This document shows, piece after piece, positions 1-13,400 of a DNA stretch of 64,000 bases. Numbering within the stretch: position 1 is the stretch's first letter; each line of letters begins with the position of its first letter. Source of the DNA: Daphnia carinata (lineage: Eukaryota); assembly GCF_022539665.2 (NCBI RefSeq), contig NC_081332.1:620001-684000 (forward strand), written 5' to 3'. The notes beneath the pieces were generated by a model. That model searched no databases. It had not been told where the DNA came from and was given only the letters and a program-made list of their open reading frames with translations. The position numbers were made by a program, and so were the translations under genes.

Positions 1-431
1 GTTACCGCGAGTGATTTCCGCAAAGGTGCATTTGGTTAATGGTTTTCGTCGGTTTTTGTGTGTGAAATACGGCATATGAAACCGATTTCCGCATTGTACC
101 CCTACAGTCCTACATTGGCAAAGAAGACTAAACAGCATCCTTTATCGAAGTGTAAGCTTAAAATTTTTTTAAAATTGGTTTTACTTGACTATTTAGACAA
201 TGTAAAGGGCCATATCATTCTAAAATCCTCATGGAAAATGATAAAGTAAAGTTTCCTAAATAAATTTCGAGAAAGGTAAAGAACTGAAAACAATTTATTT
301 TTTTTTTAACAAACAGTATTTTGTAATGCTAATATTTTCTTTTAGGCTGCTTCAAAATAGATCTCGTCAATAATGTTGCCTAATAGTTCAATGTTCAGTG
401 ATTGCAAATAACATGGAAAGGAATTGCATTA

Positions 432-1763
432 GGGGAGGTAGGGCGCAATTGGAACGCGCGGCAATTGAAACAAAAATTCTACCACTTAAAGTGGTAGGTA
501 TGCGATGTGTTAGGTGGCAAGTATGTAAGAGGTTTAGTTTAAAAAATTTGAGCTAACGCGAATTAAGGTTGTACATAATCAGAAAAAATTGGAGGCTTTA
601 GACTCTAAAAGTTTTTGAGTTATCCCAGAAAGTTGTTTTTTGACTGTTCATTTGTAGTTTTTGCCCAGACAATTTTTTTAATTTTCACACATAAAACGAT
701 GGAGGAAATCATTAAAAAAGGTCTTGAATCATTCATCGTTCATTAAGCTATAAATTGATAACATTAATTTTTTCCTAGCTAAATTTTATCCCCTATAAAC
801 ATTAAAACTCCGTGAAGACCCATGCTAGGGGCAATTGGAACATCTTGTTCCAATTGCGACCCTTTCGTATGCGCGTCTCCGTTACTGCAGTCTGGCAACG
901 GTGCTATAGCCCTACGCAGCATATTAGCAGAGCTATTTTTTCAATTTGTTTTTGAATGTTGTTGTGTATTTTTTGTGGTGACGAAAAAAATGTCAAAGAG
1001 TTTACTACTAAAGTTCCTCTAGTTGTTTTGAAAAAAATTTAGATACCTTGTTTTCCTATTCCAGCTACTTAAAAGTAAATAATGCACATCAACGCATATC
1101 GTCTACTGGGTGGCTGACACTTATCGTCTGCTGGGTAGCTGACACTTATCGTCTGCCATTATGTTTTGTTTTTATTTACAGCGTTGATTAAAGAAATAAA
1201 ATTTAAAAATTTAATTACCGACATTAACAACAATTATGATATAAGGCTGGGCATGCCATATTCGATTATAAAAATTTGATCTCCATACTATTAACCGTTC
1301 TTTGGATTACTAACGGTGTTCTGAACCTAATTCAGAAAACTACCAAAATTCATTAAATAATATTTAGTTACTATAGAAAGTTATAAAATATCTTAAAAAA
1401 TAAAGATCCTATTCTTTGTATTGCTGTAAAGAATTCATTAAAATACGTATCCCAGATTCTGAGATATCGTCGTTTTAGTTTCTTCATTAAACCGGGAGCT
1501 CTCTTATGGGAAAACCCACGTTTCAATTGCCCAGACACACTGTTTCAATTGCCGAGTAGAATTGGCAATTGAAACATCTTGGGGTACCTCCAGTTTTTTA
1601 CACATAGCAGATGTTTATCTTTGCTGAAACCACCCAAAAAAATACCATTATGTAGCTGGGATAACTGGCTACAAATCTATATAGTTTTTAGTCAAGTTGG
1701 ACGATTTTTGTAAGCGTACGGAACAAAAATCAGTTTTGTGTTCCAACCACGCCCTACCTCCCC
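432..1763. mobile_element. Non-autonomous TA-targeting (Tc1/mariner-pogo-like) DNA transposon
   Basis: TIRs GGGGAGGTAGGGCG..TTGGAAC (432) and GTTCCAA..CGCCCTACCTCCCC (1763); TA on both sides; internal GCAATTG(G/A)AACA repeats in both orientations; no transposase ORF. Confidence 0.85.
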
Positions 1764-1765
1764 TA

Positions 1766-2221
1766 CCAGAATCTTCTGTTTCTATCACTTCTTCATTTTC
1801 ATCTCCAATGACTTCAACATGACCTTTATGATGTAGAAGATCTCCCTGCAACATTTCCTGTGGAATTACTGCCCAAAGAGTAAACAGACCATTTTGATAT
1901 TTCATCAGGAAGGTTCAAAAGATATTTAATTTATGACTTAAAAACAATATTACTTTGACCGCAGTTTTCAGTTGCTTAAAAAAAAGCACTATGAAACGTA
2001 TGTAAGTGTTTATTTAAATTTGAAGCCGATTTGAACTTTTCTGTATGGAAGCATTGCTTAGAAAACAAACAGCTACTTTCAAATAATGGGTCTTTTGCAT
2101 GTATTGCCCTGTAATGTTTAAGCAAAGCTCTGCCATTTGTTGTTTTAAAATTACACACCCCCACTTGGCAATCATAATTGTCCAGAGGATCACAAGGTAC
2201 GCTATATTTGTCCACAGACAT
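1766..2221 (-). pseudogene. C2H2 zinc-finger N-terminus, probably of the EnSpm-like transposase; disrupted
   Basis: CQVGVC..HYRAIH and CLFSKQC..HLHTFH motifs; premature stop in a T-run at ~1976; next exon interrupted by the 432-1763 insertion; stops beyond it. Confidence 0.5.
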
Positions 2222-3357
2222 TTTTCACTTCCACGACAACGGATAACTGAATGTCAGTATAAAAGTAATTTGCTTATAATTGTTGTTCACCAACTATAAT
2301 CTGAGCATACAATGTTTGTTTGTTTTTTCATTCTGAACAATGGAATAGTATCGTCTGCTAATCCCGTCCCTCCCTCCGTCCCATTGTCTTAGCATTTTAC
2401 ACGTCTGAAATTGTATGTTCAATAATTATTACATTTGGAGGAAATACAAGTTTGGTATAAGGTAAATTAAAAATTAATTTCATATCCTAATGATCTTTGA
2501 AGGCAGCTCAAAACCCGTTATTATAATTGGCAATCGAAAACAGTTTTACAGTTCTATAAACATTGGCAGCACTGGGAGACGGTTTCTTCTTCTTCAAAAA
2601 AGACAGTGCTTTTCATTGTATAGCTAATGGAAAAACGATAGAGTGCGTAATTCGGCAAGTAACATTTATGTTTATCTGAAAGTACGTGTTCCTTTTCCGT
2701 TGTGCTGTTCTTTTTCTTTTTTTAAGATTTCTCTTTTATTTTTTTTGTTGCCTTAAGAATATGGAAGAGGTTACTAAAACCATAATAGTCGAATTAGATG
2801 GGAAAGAAGAATACGAATTGGAATTCATCAGTACTTCGTCCAATTTTGATCTACAAGTGATTTTTACGTTTTTACATTGCAGTGCACAAGCATGCCAAAG
2901 CCTAGCTGCTCAAGAGTAATCGTCCAGGATTTACATGTTAATATCTGTAAGTTAATTGCATTTATTTTCAAATGGCATGACATAACATTTTTCTTACAAC
3001 AGCTCCGAATAAGACAAACACAAGGGCACGAGAGGGTGCAGAAAAACAATTGGCAATAAGTGAGAACACCACTTTCACTGTTCCTCCTACAACATCTCTG
3101 ATACAAAGTGAGTCAAATCTCCTAGGGCCATGTGCAGGTATTTTCTACGATAGACAAATTTTTATATTTTGGTATGCGTTCCTTCTTATATCTTATTTTT
3201 GTAAAAGGACATGAAGTGCTTCACCTTACACAAGGAACACTTATCAATGAAAGTTTACAGCCAGATGTAGTGATTGCAGAGGAATACGTCAATTTCCAAC
3301 AAGCAGACTCTTTGTTAGGTGGAAATAGTCAACAGTGTGTTATTGAAGTGGTACCAA

Positions 3358-5035
3358 CCCTAGTAGCACGCGGTGCGGTTTCGGTACCCGAAAGGTGCCG
3401 TACATACCAGAAAGGCATCCGCACCGATTTCAGGCACCAAAACGGCACCAAAATGGTACCCGTTTGCAGGATACTAAGGCATCCTCAAGGCGGGTACGAA
3501 AGGGGTACCATTCCGGCACCCGAAACGTCCCGCAGATGACGGAGAGAGCCGACACACCTTTCGGGAACCAAAACGGCACCAAAATGGTACCATTTAAATG
3601 TTGTGCTCATTAAAAAAAGATTGTAAATGAACCAAAATAATCGTATATTAAATTTAAAACACATTACTTGGGTATAATTATCAAGCTTAGGGAAATGGAA
3701 AGATGATGCAATTCTTGGAAAAAGAATCTGATAAAAAATACTCATTTGAAAGTAAATATAAATTAAATTAAATTAAAAAATAATATTTTTTAGGATATTT
3801 CAAGAATTTAAAATTCTTATTAATCCAAAAATAACTATTTTATTATGTTGTATAGACAATTTGTATTAAAAATAATAGTATTAAAGGGTTTGGTGTCAAT
3901 AATTAATATTGGAAGAAATTACAATCTTGTCACTTAGTTATTCTTTAAAGAAAATGGGATACGTTTATTAAGTTAGCTTGAGTTTTGGCTTTTGGGGGGT
4001 GGTTTCAGCGCTTTAAAATTAAACTTGCGCAAGCTGTGAATTCGAAGCTTGCCATTTAGCTAACAAAAATTAAGCTACTGAAATAAGTTTAAGCTATAAA
4101 AGTGGGAGTTAGGAAAATATATATTATTTAGCATAAGAAATGCTTAAAACATGCATTAGTTATGATAGGACTTTAATCTTTAATAATTTATTTCCTTCAA
4201 AAAAATTAAAATCATCATTATTAAGTTTGAAAACAAAAAAAACATTTAGCATAATTAGTTTAATTACTTTTGAGGGAACGAAAGTTAAACTTAATTTTCG
4301 ACTTCATCTTTAGGTTTTCTAAATTTTGTTTGTGACCTGTTGTTGAAAAAAACTTTTAAGTATTTTTCTAGATTTCTATTGTATATTCTTCGGAAATATT
4401 AGTTATAATATTGTAACGCACAGCTGACGTAGGGTTATGCAACCTATAGAATTTATCTCATGGTTAACTCCCGAGAGTTAGATAAACTGATGATTATTAA
4501 ATGTCACAGGAAGGTTATCACACAATTACTTAAATCCCTAGAACAGGAGAAAACGCCCAACGATGGTATAAAAGAAGACCACTCGGCTGGATCTGGGCTC
4601 CTTCCGTCTTAGTTATTCTTATGTGTCAAAGTTGTTTAAAACCTTGTTTCCTTTATTCTTAGTTTACTCTGTAGTCAATTCTCTTTGATTTCCAAATAAG
4701 CGGCTCTGACGTCGATCGTCCGTTGCAATATGATTAGAATGGTCCAGTGGAAAGAACATCCGACTGTGATGCGGGAGACCTGAGTTCGATCCCAGCCACA
4801 GCCATTTCTTTTCTTCGCTTTTTCTATTAATCTGTCATTTCGGTTACAGTAACGGCACCGTCTTGGTGCCGTATATTGGGTGTTAAACAGGTACCGGTTT
4901 TCCGGTGTTTGGGGGGGCGGACATCGTGTGCGAATTCGTAATGAATTCGATGGGAATCGGGCACCAAAACGGTACCTGACTTACCTAATCCCGGCACCAA
5001 AACGGTGACAAAACGGTGCCGATGTGCTACTAGGG
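3358..5035. mobile_element. Non-autonomous CCC-terminated EnSpm/CACTA-type element
   Basis: TIRs CCCTAGTAGCAC and GTGCTACTAGGG; 2-bp TSD AA; subterminal GGCACCAAAACGG repeats at both ends. Removing it restores the reading frame EVVP|RHVQAKQQS up to a GTAAGT donor. Confidence 0.85.
4733..4804 (+). pseudogene. tRNA-derived relic (GTG at the anticodon position)
   Basis: A box TGGTCCAGTGG, B box GTTCGATCC, T-rich tail; acceptor stem does not pair. Confidence 0.5.
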
Positions 5036-7878
5036 AAGGCACGTACAAGCCAAACAACAATCAAGTAAGTATTATACTTTATAATAAATCCTATTGAATA
5101 TTAAGTTATTTTAGTTTCAGGTCTTGAACATGCTTCAAACATCCATCGACAACTAGACAGAAAAACATTTAGTCTACCTAGGTGCTTCGGTATGTCTGTG
5201 GACAACAAACTAAAATCAAAGAAGCGGTTGAATCACCTAGACCTACAAGCCGTAACGAGAGTTCTAGGGCTTGCCATTGCCGAACATACAATTGCGCCTG
5301 ATACCGACACCTTAAAATGGGTAGTTTCCCAGTTATTTAAAAAATACGGTAAAGGAATTATGGCAGATTCCAACAACGAGGAGGTATCAATGGTAAGTAA
5401 ACAATTTTGGCAAATAGTTATTTTCATTTTATTTTTTCTGGCTGTTTGTTTATTCTATTAGAGACTTCAAATAACTTCCCTGCAGCTCCGCTTTCGAAGA
5501 GAACGTCAAAAAGCTGGATTGAAACTACCTGGAAAGGGAGGTCGTCCTAGAAAGGAATTTGTCCAAACCAATAATCCAGATGATTTTGGCAACAAAGAAA
5601 ACGATGGTAATTCTGGTTGAAAATTGTTGTATATTCATAATGTTACTGTTTGCTTTCTTAGTTGATATGGTGTCTTGTTTGGAAAATGTTAAGGCGTTAA
5701 AGGAACAACACCAGCTGAGCGGAAATGCAATTTCAATTAAAACGTTGACTAACCTTACATTCAAAGGCAGGCGTCATGAAATTGGCACGGGGGTTTTTAA
5801 AAACGTACAGGAAATAATTCAAACGTTTTGCCCCGTGCTGGACCAACCATCTCACGTAAGTTCTATCTATAGATGTTTTTATTCATGCATTGATTAATAA
5901 AGCTGGACACTTTTTACAGTTATGTGACGAAATGGACCGAATTTTGGTCCAAATTGCTGTGCTGGCATTCGTGAGAAATGGATGGCTACTGTACCGATGC
6001 TTCTAAAACTTGCAAAATCCAGTACTTCTACATCTGTTAAAAAGGTTTTGCGTCATTACACGTCACAAGAGGAGTTTGACACATGCTTCGGTAAAATAAT
6101 TTAAACTTTTAATGTTATAGACTTACAATACATATTGCTGGTTCTAATTAGACTACCAATCTTGTGCAGCGCTGGAGTTGCTGTGTCTATTAAACCCTGG
6201 CAGCAAAAGATCACCAGAATGTAGACGATACGTCATAGATGTGGAAGAGGTATTGGTTTTAATAAAGTATTAGGATAACATAACCCCTTTGAATAACTTG
6301 TCACTATTTACAGGATTGTTTGGATATGAGTTCATATCTCAGAAAATTGCCCGCAACCAGATTGACTCCCTTTATTCTAAAAGTTGGACAGTTGTACACA
6401 ATTGTAGTGGACAAACAGGCATTTACCCAAACTTCCAATTCCAGTCTGGAGGCAGTTGTTCTGTTATTATGTGTTTATTACGTTTTTCATATAAGTTGGT
6501 GCAAATCTGCTATTCTAACGTGCCTATTTATGCAATCTGAATTGCTTGGATTGCCTTTGAAGGAAAAAGGTTCCCATTATGATTGCCTCACAAAGTTTTT
6601 GAGCGCTCTGAATGATGAGAATATAGAAGTAGAGCAAGAATAGGAACAGGAACAGGAACTATTATGTTTGTGTTTGACACTGAATGTTCAATCAGTTTGC
6701 ATTTTTACCTAGTCTTCTGAATGTTGATAATTGCCTCTACGAACCGTTTTATTATCCCATCTTTATTGTGAACAACACAGAAAGTTGTGTACTTATTGTT
6801 TTGTTGTGTGTGTAGTGGTTCACCGGTTGTTGTTGTGGTGATCGATTTCTTACTGGCTTATAGGATAATAAACCCGGTTGTTGCTATAACAATTTTCCTA
6901 TTTTTTTTTTATTTTTACATCAATTGAGGTTATGGGTGCATTTTTAATTTCAAATAAAAATTATTATGTTGGCCAATTTCGATGGTATTTTCTAACGATT
7001 TTCGTCAAAGCAACTTACCGAAAATCGTCGGAAAAAACCGACGATTTTCGTTTTCGGAAACGTACCGTCGGTTTTCGTCTGTTAAAGCATGCGTCCCTTG
7101 TCCACCGCTTTCAGACCATTTTTCCGTACGAAAACCGTTAACTAAAACTAACAGTGCACTATCAATATAAATTATGGAAAAGGGGGGACAAATACCAATT
7201 GTTTTTAGGGTTAATAATATCTGGAACATTTAAATTATTAGAAAATACTTAAATTGTTCAAAAATACGAAATAAAGTTACATAAATGCGAAAAATATAAA
7301 AATTTGTCTACGCATTATACGCTATTTGTTAACGGCAATATATGTATCCTACTTTTTCTCCTAAAATTACACTTTCTTTTAAAGCAAACTACATCATTAT
7401 GGTGAACACTGAAATAAGTATCTATTCCATACATAGTTTTCCTACAGCATAGTTTAATAGTTTAGCGAGACTAGGTCATTCCACGATAAAACAATAAAAG
7501 CTAAAACTTGTATGGAAAAACGTAGCTGTGACGTCTCGAAACTAGGTTTTCTTACAAGTTGAGCGACAGAGCGTCATCGTCAAGCATAGCGATCAGTATT
7601 TAGTTAACCTGTTTTCTGAAAAGCTGATAATTTCTGTTGTACTGATTTTCACTTACCTGAGGATTTTCTAACTTGTAGTGGTAACTATTAATAAGTAATA
7701 ACCTAACACCCTGAAAAAAGTAAAATCTTTCTTACATAAATTGCAATGCTTGTAAATGAACGGGGCTGATAACACAAACAACGCCTCGTGTCATACTTCC
7801 TTACATTTTCGTTGAAAGCATTCAAAATTTTAATTAATATCTACTTGTGTTCTAGTGTTATATTTCAAAGTAATAACA

Positions 7879-8794
7879 ATGTCCAGAGAACCAACCGGTC
7901 GCATGAGAAAACCAGGTGAAAGTTCAAAAGCAAACGTTGAAAGCAACTCTCATGCAGCATTCCAAGTAATGCTAAGCAAAGCATAGATATGCAATTACAT
8001 TTTCTGGATTAAAGATTGGTTTTTGTGGTTATAACAAAAGGTTGGATGTTTGCATAGCTTTAGGCTAGGGATTTACCATTTACCAGTAAATTGGGAAACT
8101 ACAGTACCAAAGCGAACCAACCCATTCCACTATCCTACAGAAAAGAAATCACAACAATTTTTTATTACGTGGTTGCCATTGACGAGCAAACTGGAGATTT
8201 TCAAAAGCTTACGATTACGTCAATGGTTCCACCAACTTGGATTTCATTGGATTGGAAATACTTAGTGTACCCGGGTACTGACTAAACTGTTGGTGGAAGA
8301 AGATCCAGTGAGTGGGATTTAAAGGTGCTTGTGAGACATCGATTCCCTACCAAAGATTGGTTGGAATATGATATTAAGCAAATAATGAACCTTAACAATA
8401 GAAAAGGTGTAACATTTTAGGTTTTCCTAAATTAAAATTTTAATCTTATGTTTAATGATTAGTTGGTGCTTAGGCTTGATGTTTTACTGGTTAAATATTA
8501 TTAACTTATTTTATTCGAATAGTTGTTTACTTGAAAGCAAAATCAGATCTAAAAGCACGGCACAACGGTATTACACCAGAACAATTGTCAGATTCTGAAA
8601 GAGATAGACGACGGACTAGAAAGGAGCAAATGCAGACGATGTCAACATTACAAGATGCCTCTCATGCTGAGGAAAGGTTGAGAACTAATAAAACTGCTAA
8701 CTCAAGCGAAAGGATCAATGGTGATGTAGTTGTGGAATATGATTCCACTGATCAGGAGATCGAGAAGTTCCCACAGTTGTTGTTCTTTGTTTGA
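7879..8794 (+). pseudogene. Degraded spliced ORF fragments, probably a transposon accessory gene
   Basis: Exon-like pieces (MSREPTGRMRKP; ..MVPPTWISLDWKYLVYP..) with an in-frame stop at 8283-8285; a CACTA-like terminus (..CTCCTTAGTG) ends at 9490. Confidence 0.3.
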
Positions 8795-9564
8795 TCCTTT
8801 TTTGCTAAGCATTCCACAGTCACGTGAAAATTTTGAATAAAATAGTGTTTCCTTGCAAAAACATCATTTTGTATTTCACTATTTAACATAAGTTTTACTG
8901 AAACTTGGTATATGAACTTACTTTTATACTGATTTAGTTCTAATATATATCTACATTGCATACGGAATATGTAGCCTACGCATATCCTTTTCCTTTCATA
9001 AGCCATATTTAAACGGTACCATTGTACTGCAACAAAACAGGAGAATACGTTTAAATTGAGTGCGAGAAACACTTTTTGAACTAATAGGCCTACTAATGTC
9101 GTCTTACAAAAATTAGTCTAGAAACCGTTAAAACTGTGTATTTATTGCCAGATAAATAGCGTCGGAAATCTGCGTTTCATTCGCAAAACGCAGTCACAAG
9201 ACTGAGCTGAAACGCATCTCCAGCCGATGTTCACTTGCTAGGATAGTTGATGATTTGGTAAAATTTGTTGTACCTAGTCTGTCAAAATGCGAAGAACTAA
9301 AATGTTGTGATGACGGGAAACATAGCACGTTGCTGTGTACATTTTTGTGCAAAAAGTTTTTCTTGGCTGTGTTGGGATCAGAAGAAAAGAGGTTTAAAGT
9401 GGATTGGCGGTGAAAAATGACTGAAACGAAATAGGACTGAAAATTTCCAGCCCTATTTCTCCATGGCACTAGCCCTATTTCTCCTTAGTGATAGTGATAG
9501 TCCTAGTCCTATTCCTATTCCTTTTCCGTAATTCCAGTAGGAACGATCAGCTTCCAGCCGTAAT

Positions 9565-9931
9565 CAGTGTTTCCACTTTCCGCAAAGTTGTATCCCTAGA
9601 ACGTTGCCAGACTGGGGACACAAATCCCTATTTTTTAAAAATGAAATCCCTAGAAAAATCTCTTTTACTTTCTGAAAAGCGCACCGTTCAACGCTGCCCG
9701 CTTGGTGGCTCTAATTGAGGAAGATTTTACTTTTGAAGTTGCATAGAGGCGCCAAAGGCAACAGCGGTTGGGTCAAAAATCTCAAAATCCCCAGAAATCC
9801 CCAGATAATTAAATTGGCCCTGGACAATCCCTGAAACCCTAGATTCCCAAAACTACACCCTAGATTCCAAAAATTTTCCTTATATCCCCCTAAATAGGGT
9901 AATATCCCTAGAAGTGGAATGTGAACGGCTG
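9565..9931. mobile_element. hAT-like MITE
   Basis: 8-bp TSD GCCGTAAT (9557-9564 and 9932-9939); CAG..CTG ends with imperfect TIR (TTCCACTT/AAGTGGAA); internal ATCCCTAGA/AAATCCCC repeats. Confidence 0.75.
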
Positions 9932-10793
9932 GCCGTAATAGTGTCGGCTTATATCCATTTTCCTTCTTTAAAAAACCGATGGTGTTAACTTATCGTTTAA
10001 ATGGTTCACAAAACATTTATCTCGTCTTATTTTAATTTGAATTGCAAGGGAACGTGAAAAATGTTGTATTTAACATAGTTCATTTAATGAAATACTATTA
10101 AAGCAAAATCAGAAATGTTTATTACTTTTTTCGCACTTTATTTGGGCATAACTGACTTTGCCAGTTGCACGGAGTTTCCAGATGTCATGCGGGCATGAGG
10201 ACAGTGCTACCCTCCGTCACAAGTTCCTAGAGGTTTGGACAGGCGTATCCCAAAAAACCACAAACCTACCCCAACACACGTAACCCTGCAGAAAATGTAA
10301 AAACATCTCCCGTCAAAGGTACCCCGACATATATACTCAATAAAAAATTAAAAAACGCCCCCGTCACATCTACCCCATTATAAATATACTACAATTATAG
10401 CCGTCGTATGTACCCCTTGGGGGGATACCCAGCCAGGAATCCCCCCTCCCCCCTCAACCCCAGAATGGCATCAGTATTCACAGCAGCCCTCCTCCGAACA
10501 TTACTTAAATGACGTTTTACTTATAGTTTCGAAATTTTAATTCCTATTCAAGCGAATCACAAAACTGTTCGTAGGACAGGTAATGCGGTAGGCTCACAAG
10601 ATCTAGAGTTGATATTCGTGTATGCAAGAGGGATTTTTTTTTCAAAAAATATAGTATCGGTTTACATAAAAACTTCGATAAAATTTTGCGATATATCGGT
10701 ATCGTGATATTAAATGCAAATATCGATACACGTCATCACTAGTATATAAGACTGTACGCCAGCATTACAATTCTTATCAGTATATGTTTTTTC

Positions 10794-12598
10794 CAACATG
10801 GTCTCCGCGAGTTGACTCGACCGTTCGGGTTCCCAGCGGCACCCCCATTCTTGCGTTTTGATTGGCTCTCCAGCTTCGATACCAGTGGCAACCACCACTG
10901 AAAGAAAGCAAGCTGTTGATGTGTCGTCTGCTTGTGCCGTCGGCGTGTCGTCTGCATTGATTTTAATTTTCAAAATAATTCAATTTTTAAATCACAAAAT
11001 TACTAATCAAAAATCATGAAACGTTCCTGATATCAACACTGACATCTCTTACTACAACCCCTTGGATTCGACGGTAAGCGACTTTTTTGTTTCCGGTGAA
11101 CCATGATAATGTAAGTAGTTGTAATAATAATGTAAAGACTGTAAATATTTGAATATGAAAATAAACCGAATGAAAAAATTTTCTTTTTCTTTTTGTATTA
11201 TAATAACGATAAGCCTATAATAAGATAAATATAGAATCGTAAAACTGTTTTTGAATTTTATTGACGTTGATAATAATAGAAAATTTAAAAATTGCGCCTA
11301 AAAATAATGGCACCCGTTTTCTCAATTGTGATTGGTTGTTTGTAATTTAGTATTTCCTTAACTAATTTGATAAATTTTGTTGTTTAATACCCACGAAAAC
11401 ATTCCTCGTGAAACAAGGAATCTAGATATTACCTTTATAACATATAATAAGCCTAAAGAATGCTTAAACGAAGGGCCCAAAGTTTTCGGTTTTTCATAGT
11501 TTCCCCTCCTCCCATACACCGTCCAAAAATAAAATATTTATTAATGGACAAACTATTGGTCTAAAAAGAATAATTCTAATTGCAATGAATAGCCCATTGT
11601 AAGGGCTTTCGATTTTCATAAAATTTAATGCAGTATTTCCATCACAAAAAAATATAAAAAATTTTATTTGCAAAGCTTTGCGATCCAAAGATGTAATAGA
11701 CCCAAACGATAAAACGACAAAAAATCTTTCGTTCCAGAAATTTTTTGGTTACGGAAATCCTACTTTTAATGTTACAGAATTAGAAAGCTCATACTAAGAG
11801 CTATTCGTTGAAATGAAAATAATTCATTTCAGACCGATAGTTTTTCCATTAATAAATATTTAATTTTTGGACGGTGTATGGGAGGAGGGGAAACTACGAA
11901 AAAATCGACAACTTTGGGCCCTTCGTTTAGGCATTCTTTAGGCTTATGATATGTTATTAAGGTATTATCTCGATTCCTTGTTTCACGAGGAATGTTTTCG
12001 TGGGTATTAAACAACAAAATTTATCAAATTAGTTAAGGAAATACTAAGTTACAAACAACCAATCACAATTGAGAAAACGGGTGCCATTATTTTTAGGCGC
12101 AATTTTTAAATTTTCTATTATTATCAGCGTTAATAAAATTCAAAAACAGTTTTAAGATTCTATATTTATCTTATTGTATAGGCTTATTGTTATTATAATG
12201 CAAAAAAAAAGAAAATTTTTCATTCGGTTTATTTTCATAATCAAATATTTACAATCTTACATTATTATTACAACTACTTACATTATCACGGTTCACCGGA
12301 AACAAAAAAATCGCTTACCGTCGAGTCCAAGGGGTTGTCGTAAAAGGTGTCAGTGTTGATATCAGGAACGTTTTACGATTTTTGATTAGTAATTTTGTGA
12401 TTTAAAAATTGAATTATTTTAAAAATTAAAATCGATGCAGACGACACGCAGACGGCACAAGCAGACGACACATCAACAGCTTGCTTTCTTTCAGTGGTGG
12501 TTGCCACTGGTATCGAAGCTGGAGAGCCAACCAAAACGCAAGAATGGGGGTGCCGCTGGGAACCCGAACGGTCGAGTCAACTTGCGGAGACCATGTTG
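10794..12598. mobile_element. Foldback-type non-autonomous DNA transposon (P/Galileo-like) with ~770-bp TIRs
   Basis: 10794-~11563 is the reverse complement of ~11829-12598; ends CAACATGG/CCATGTTG; 8-bp TSD GTTTTTTC (10786-10793, 12599-12606). Confidence 0.85.
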
Positions 12599-12670
12599 GT
12601 TTTTTCTTATCAGAGTTCGTTATTCAGGTATCCCCCCTCCCCCCCCTCAACCCCAGAAATGGCATCAGTA

Positions 12671-13400
12671 CAGCAGCGGTCCACAAAGTGGGACATGCTG
12701 TGCAAGGGTACACCCTTCCCACTTTGCGGGTTTGTCCCACTTTGCGGGTTCCCATATAAATACATGGATGAGGTTAGGCAACCCGGCTAGGCTCAGCGAG
12801 GACTATCCAAATGTACGCTTCTCCAAAGATGAGTTGCGGAACCAATTCAGTAGATTGTACATATTGGCTACAGCTTTTAATTTTTATTATTTATTTTTTA
12901 CGTAAGCTTTAGTATAATTGAATGCGAAATACATTATGAATAGTAGCTATTTTAAACTTCTGTAGCAGATTTATAAAAGTTAAATTATTTTAAAAGAAAA
13001 TATAAAGAATTCTTTTAAGTAAACAGTTTGTAGGATAGTCACGAATAGTGGAATCACAGTAAGTTGCTGTTCTCGAAAGAAGCAGACAAAACACTGTTGT
13101 ACCACTACTGCGACTAAAACAAACTGAATAAATTCGTAAAATAGGGATATTTTCTCCAAAATATTTCATGTATTTCTAGAAACATTTTTTAACCAGAAAT
13201 TGTTATAGTTGTTAAGTTATCTAAACAAGCTCCGGCGGCATGAAACATCAGAATTGTTTCAAACATTGCGTAGTTTCAAACCTACCGCGCTTTGTTGGCG
13301 TTAGGCAGACCCTGAGGGTTCATTTCCGTGCAAGCACCGCCCCTTCCCACTTTGCAGGAATTCCCACTTTGCAGGCCTCCCACTTTGTGGACCGCTACTG
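12671..13400. mobile_element. Tc1/mariner-like MITE
   Basis: TIR CAG(C/T)AGCGGTCCACAAAGTGGGA; TA TSD; subterminal TCCCACTTTGC repeats; an empty-site copy lies at ~10436-10498. Confidence 0.9.

Larger units (their letters stand above)
2761..6643 (+). pseudogene. Multi-exon accessory ORF of animal EnSpm type (SAMD3-like C-terminus), interrupted by an insertion
   Basis: Exon fragments MEEVTKTIIVELDG.., ..LQAVTRVLGLAIAEH.., ..LTNLTFKGRRHEI..; C-terminal LLCVYYVFHISW..LFMQSELLGL resembles the YYVF(N/H)xxY..F.Q motif of such proteins (recalled, not searched). Confidence 0.5.
1..7156. mobile_element. Decayed CACTA/EnSpm (CMC)-like DNA transposon; left end probably outside the window
   Basis: Right end reads CACTGTTAGTTTTAGTTAACGGTTTTCGT on the minus strand (ends 7156), with clustered CGTCGG/AAAACCG subterminal motifs at ~7000-7140. 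A similar motif (TTTGGTTAATGGTTTTCGTCGG) occurs at 31-52. Two divergent decayed genes lie inside. Confidence 0.55.

Noticed and set aside
4412..4848. Possible solo LTR (TGTAAC..GTTACA)
   Set aside because: No target-site duplication; the right end overlaps subterminal repeats of the host element.
7157..9490. A complete second CACTA element
   Set aside because: Only CACTA/TAGTG match at the two ends; no extended TIR is visible.
10710..12905. Mirror-image ORFs MQTTRRRHKQ..
   Set aside because: A consequence of the long TIRs; no recognisable domain.
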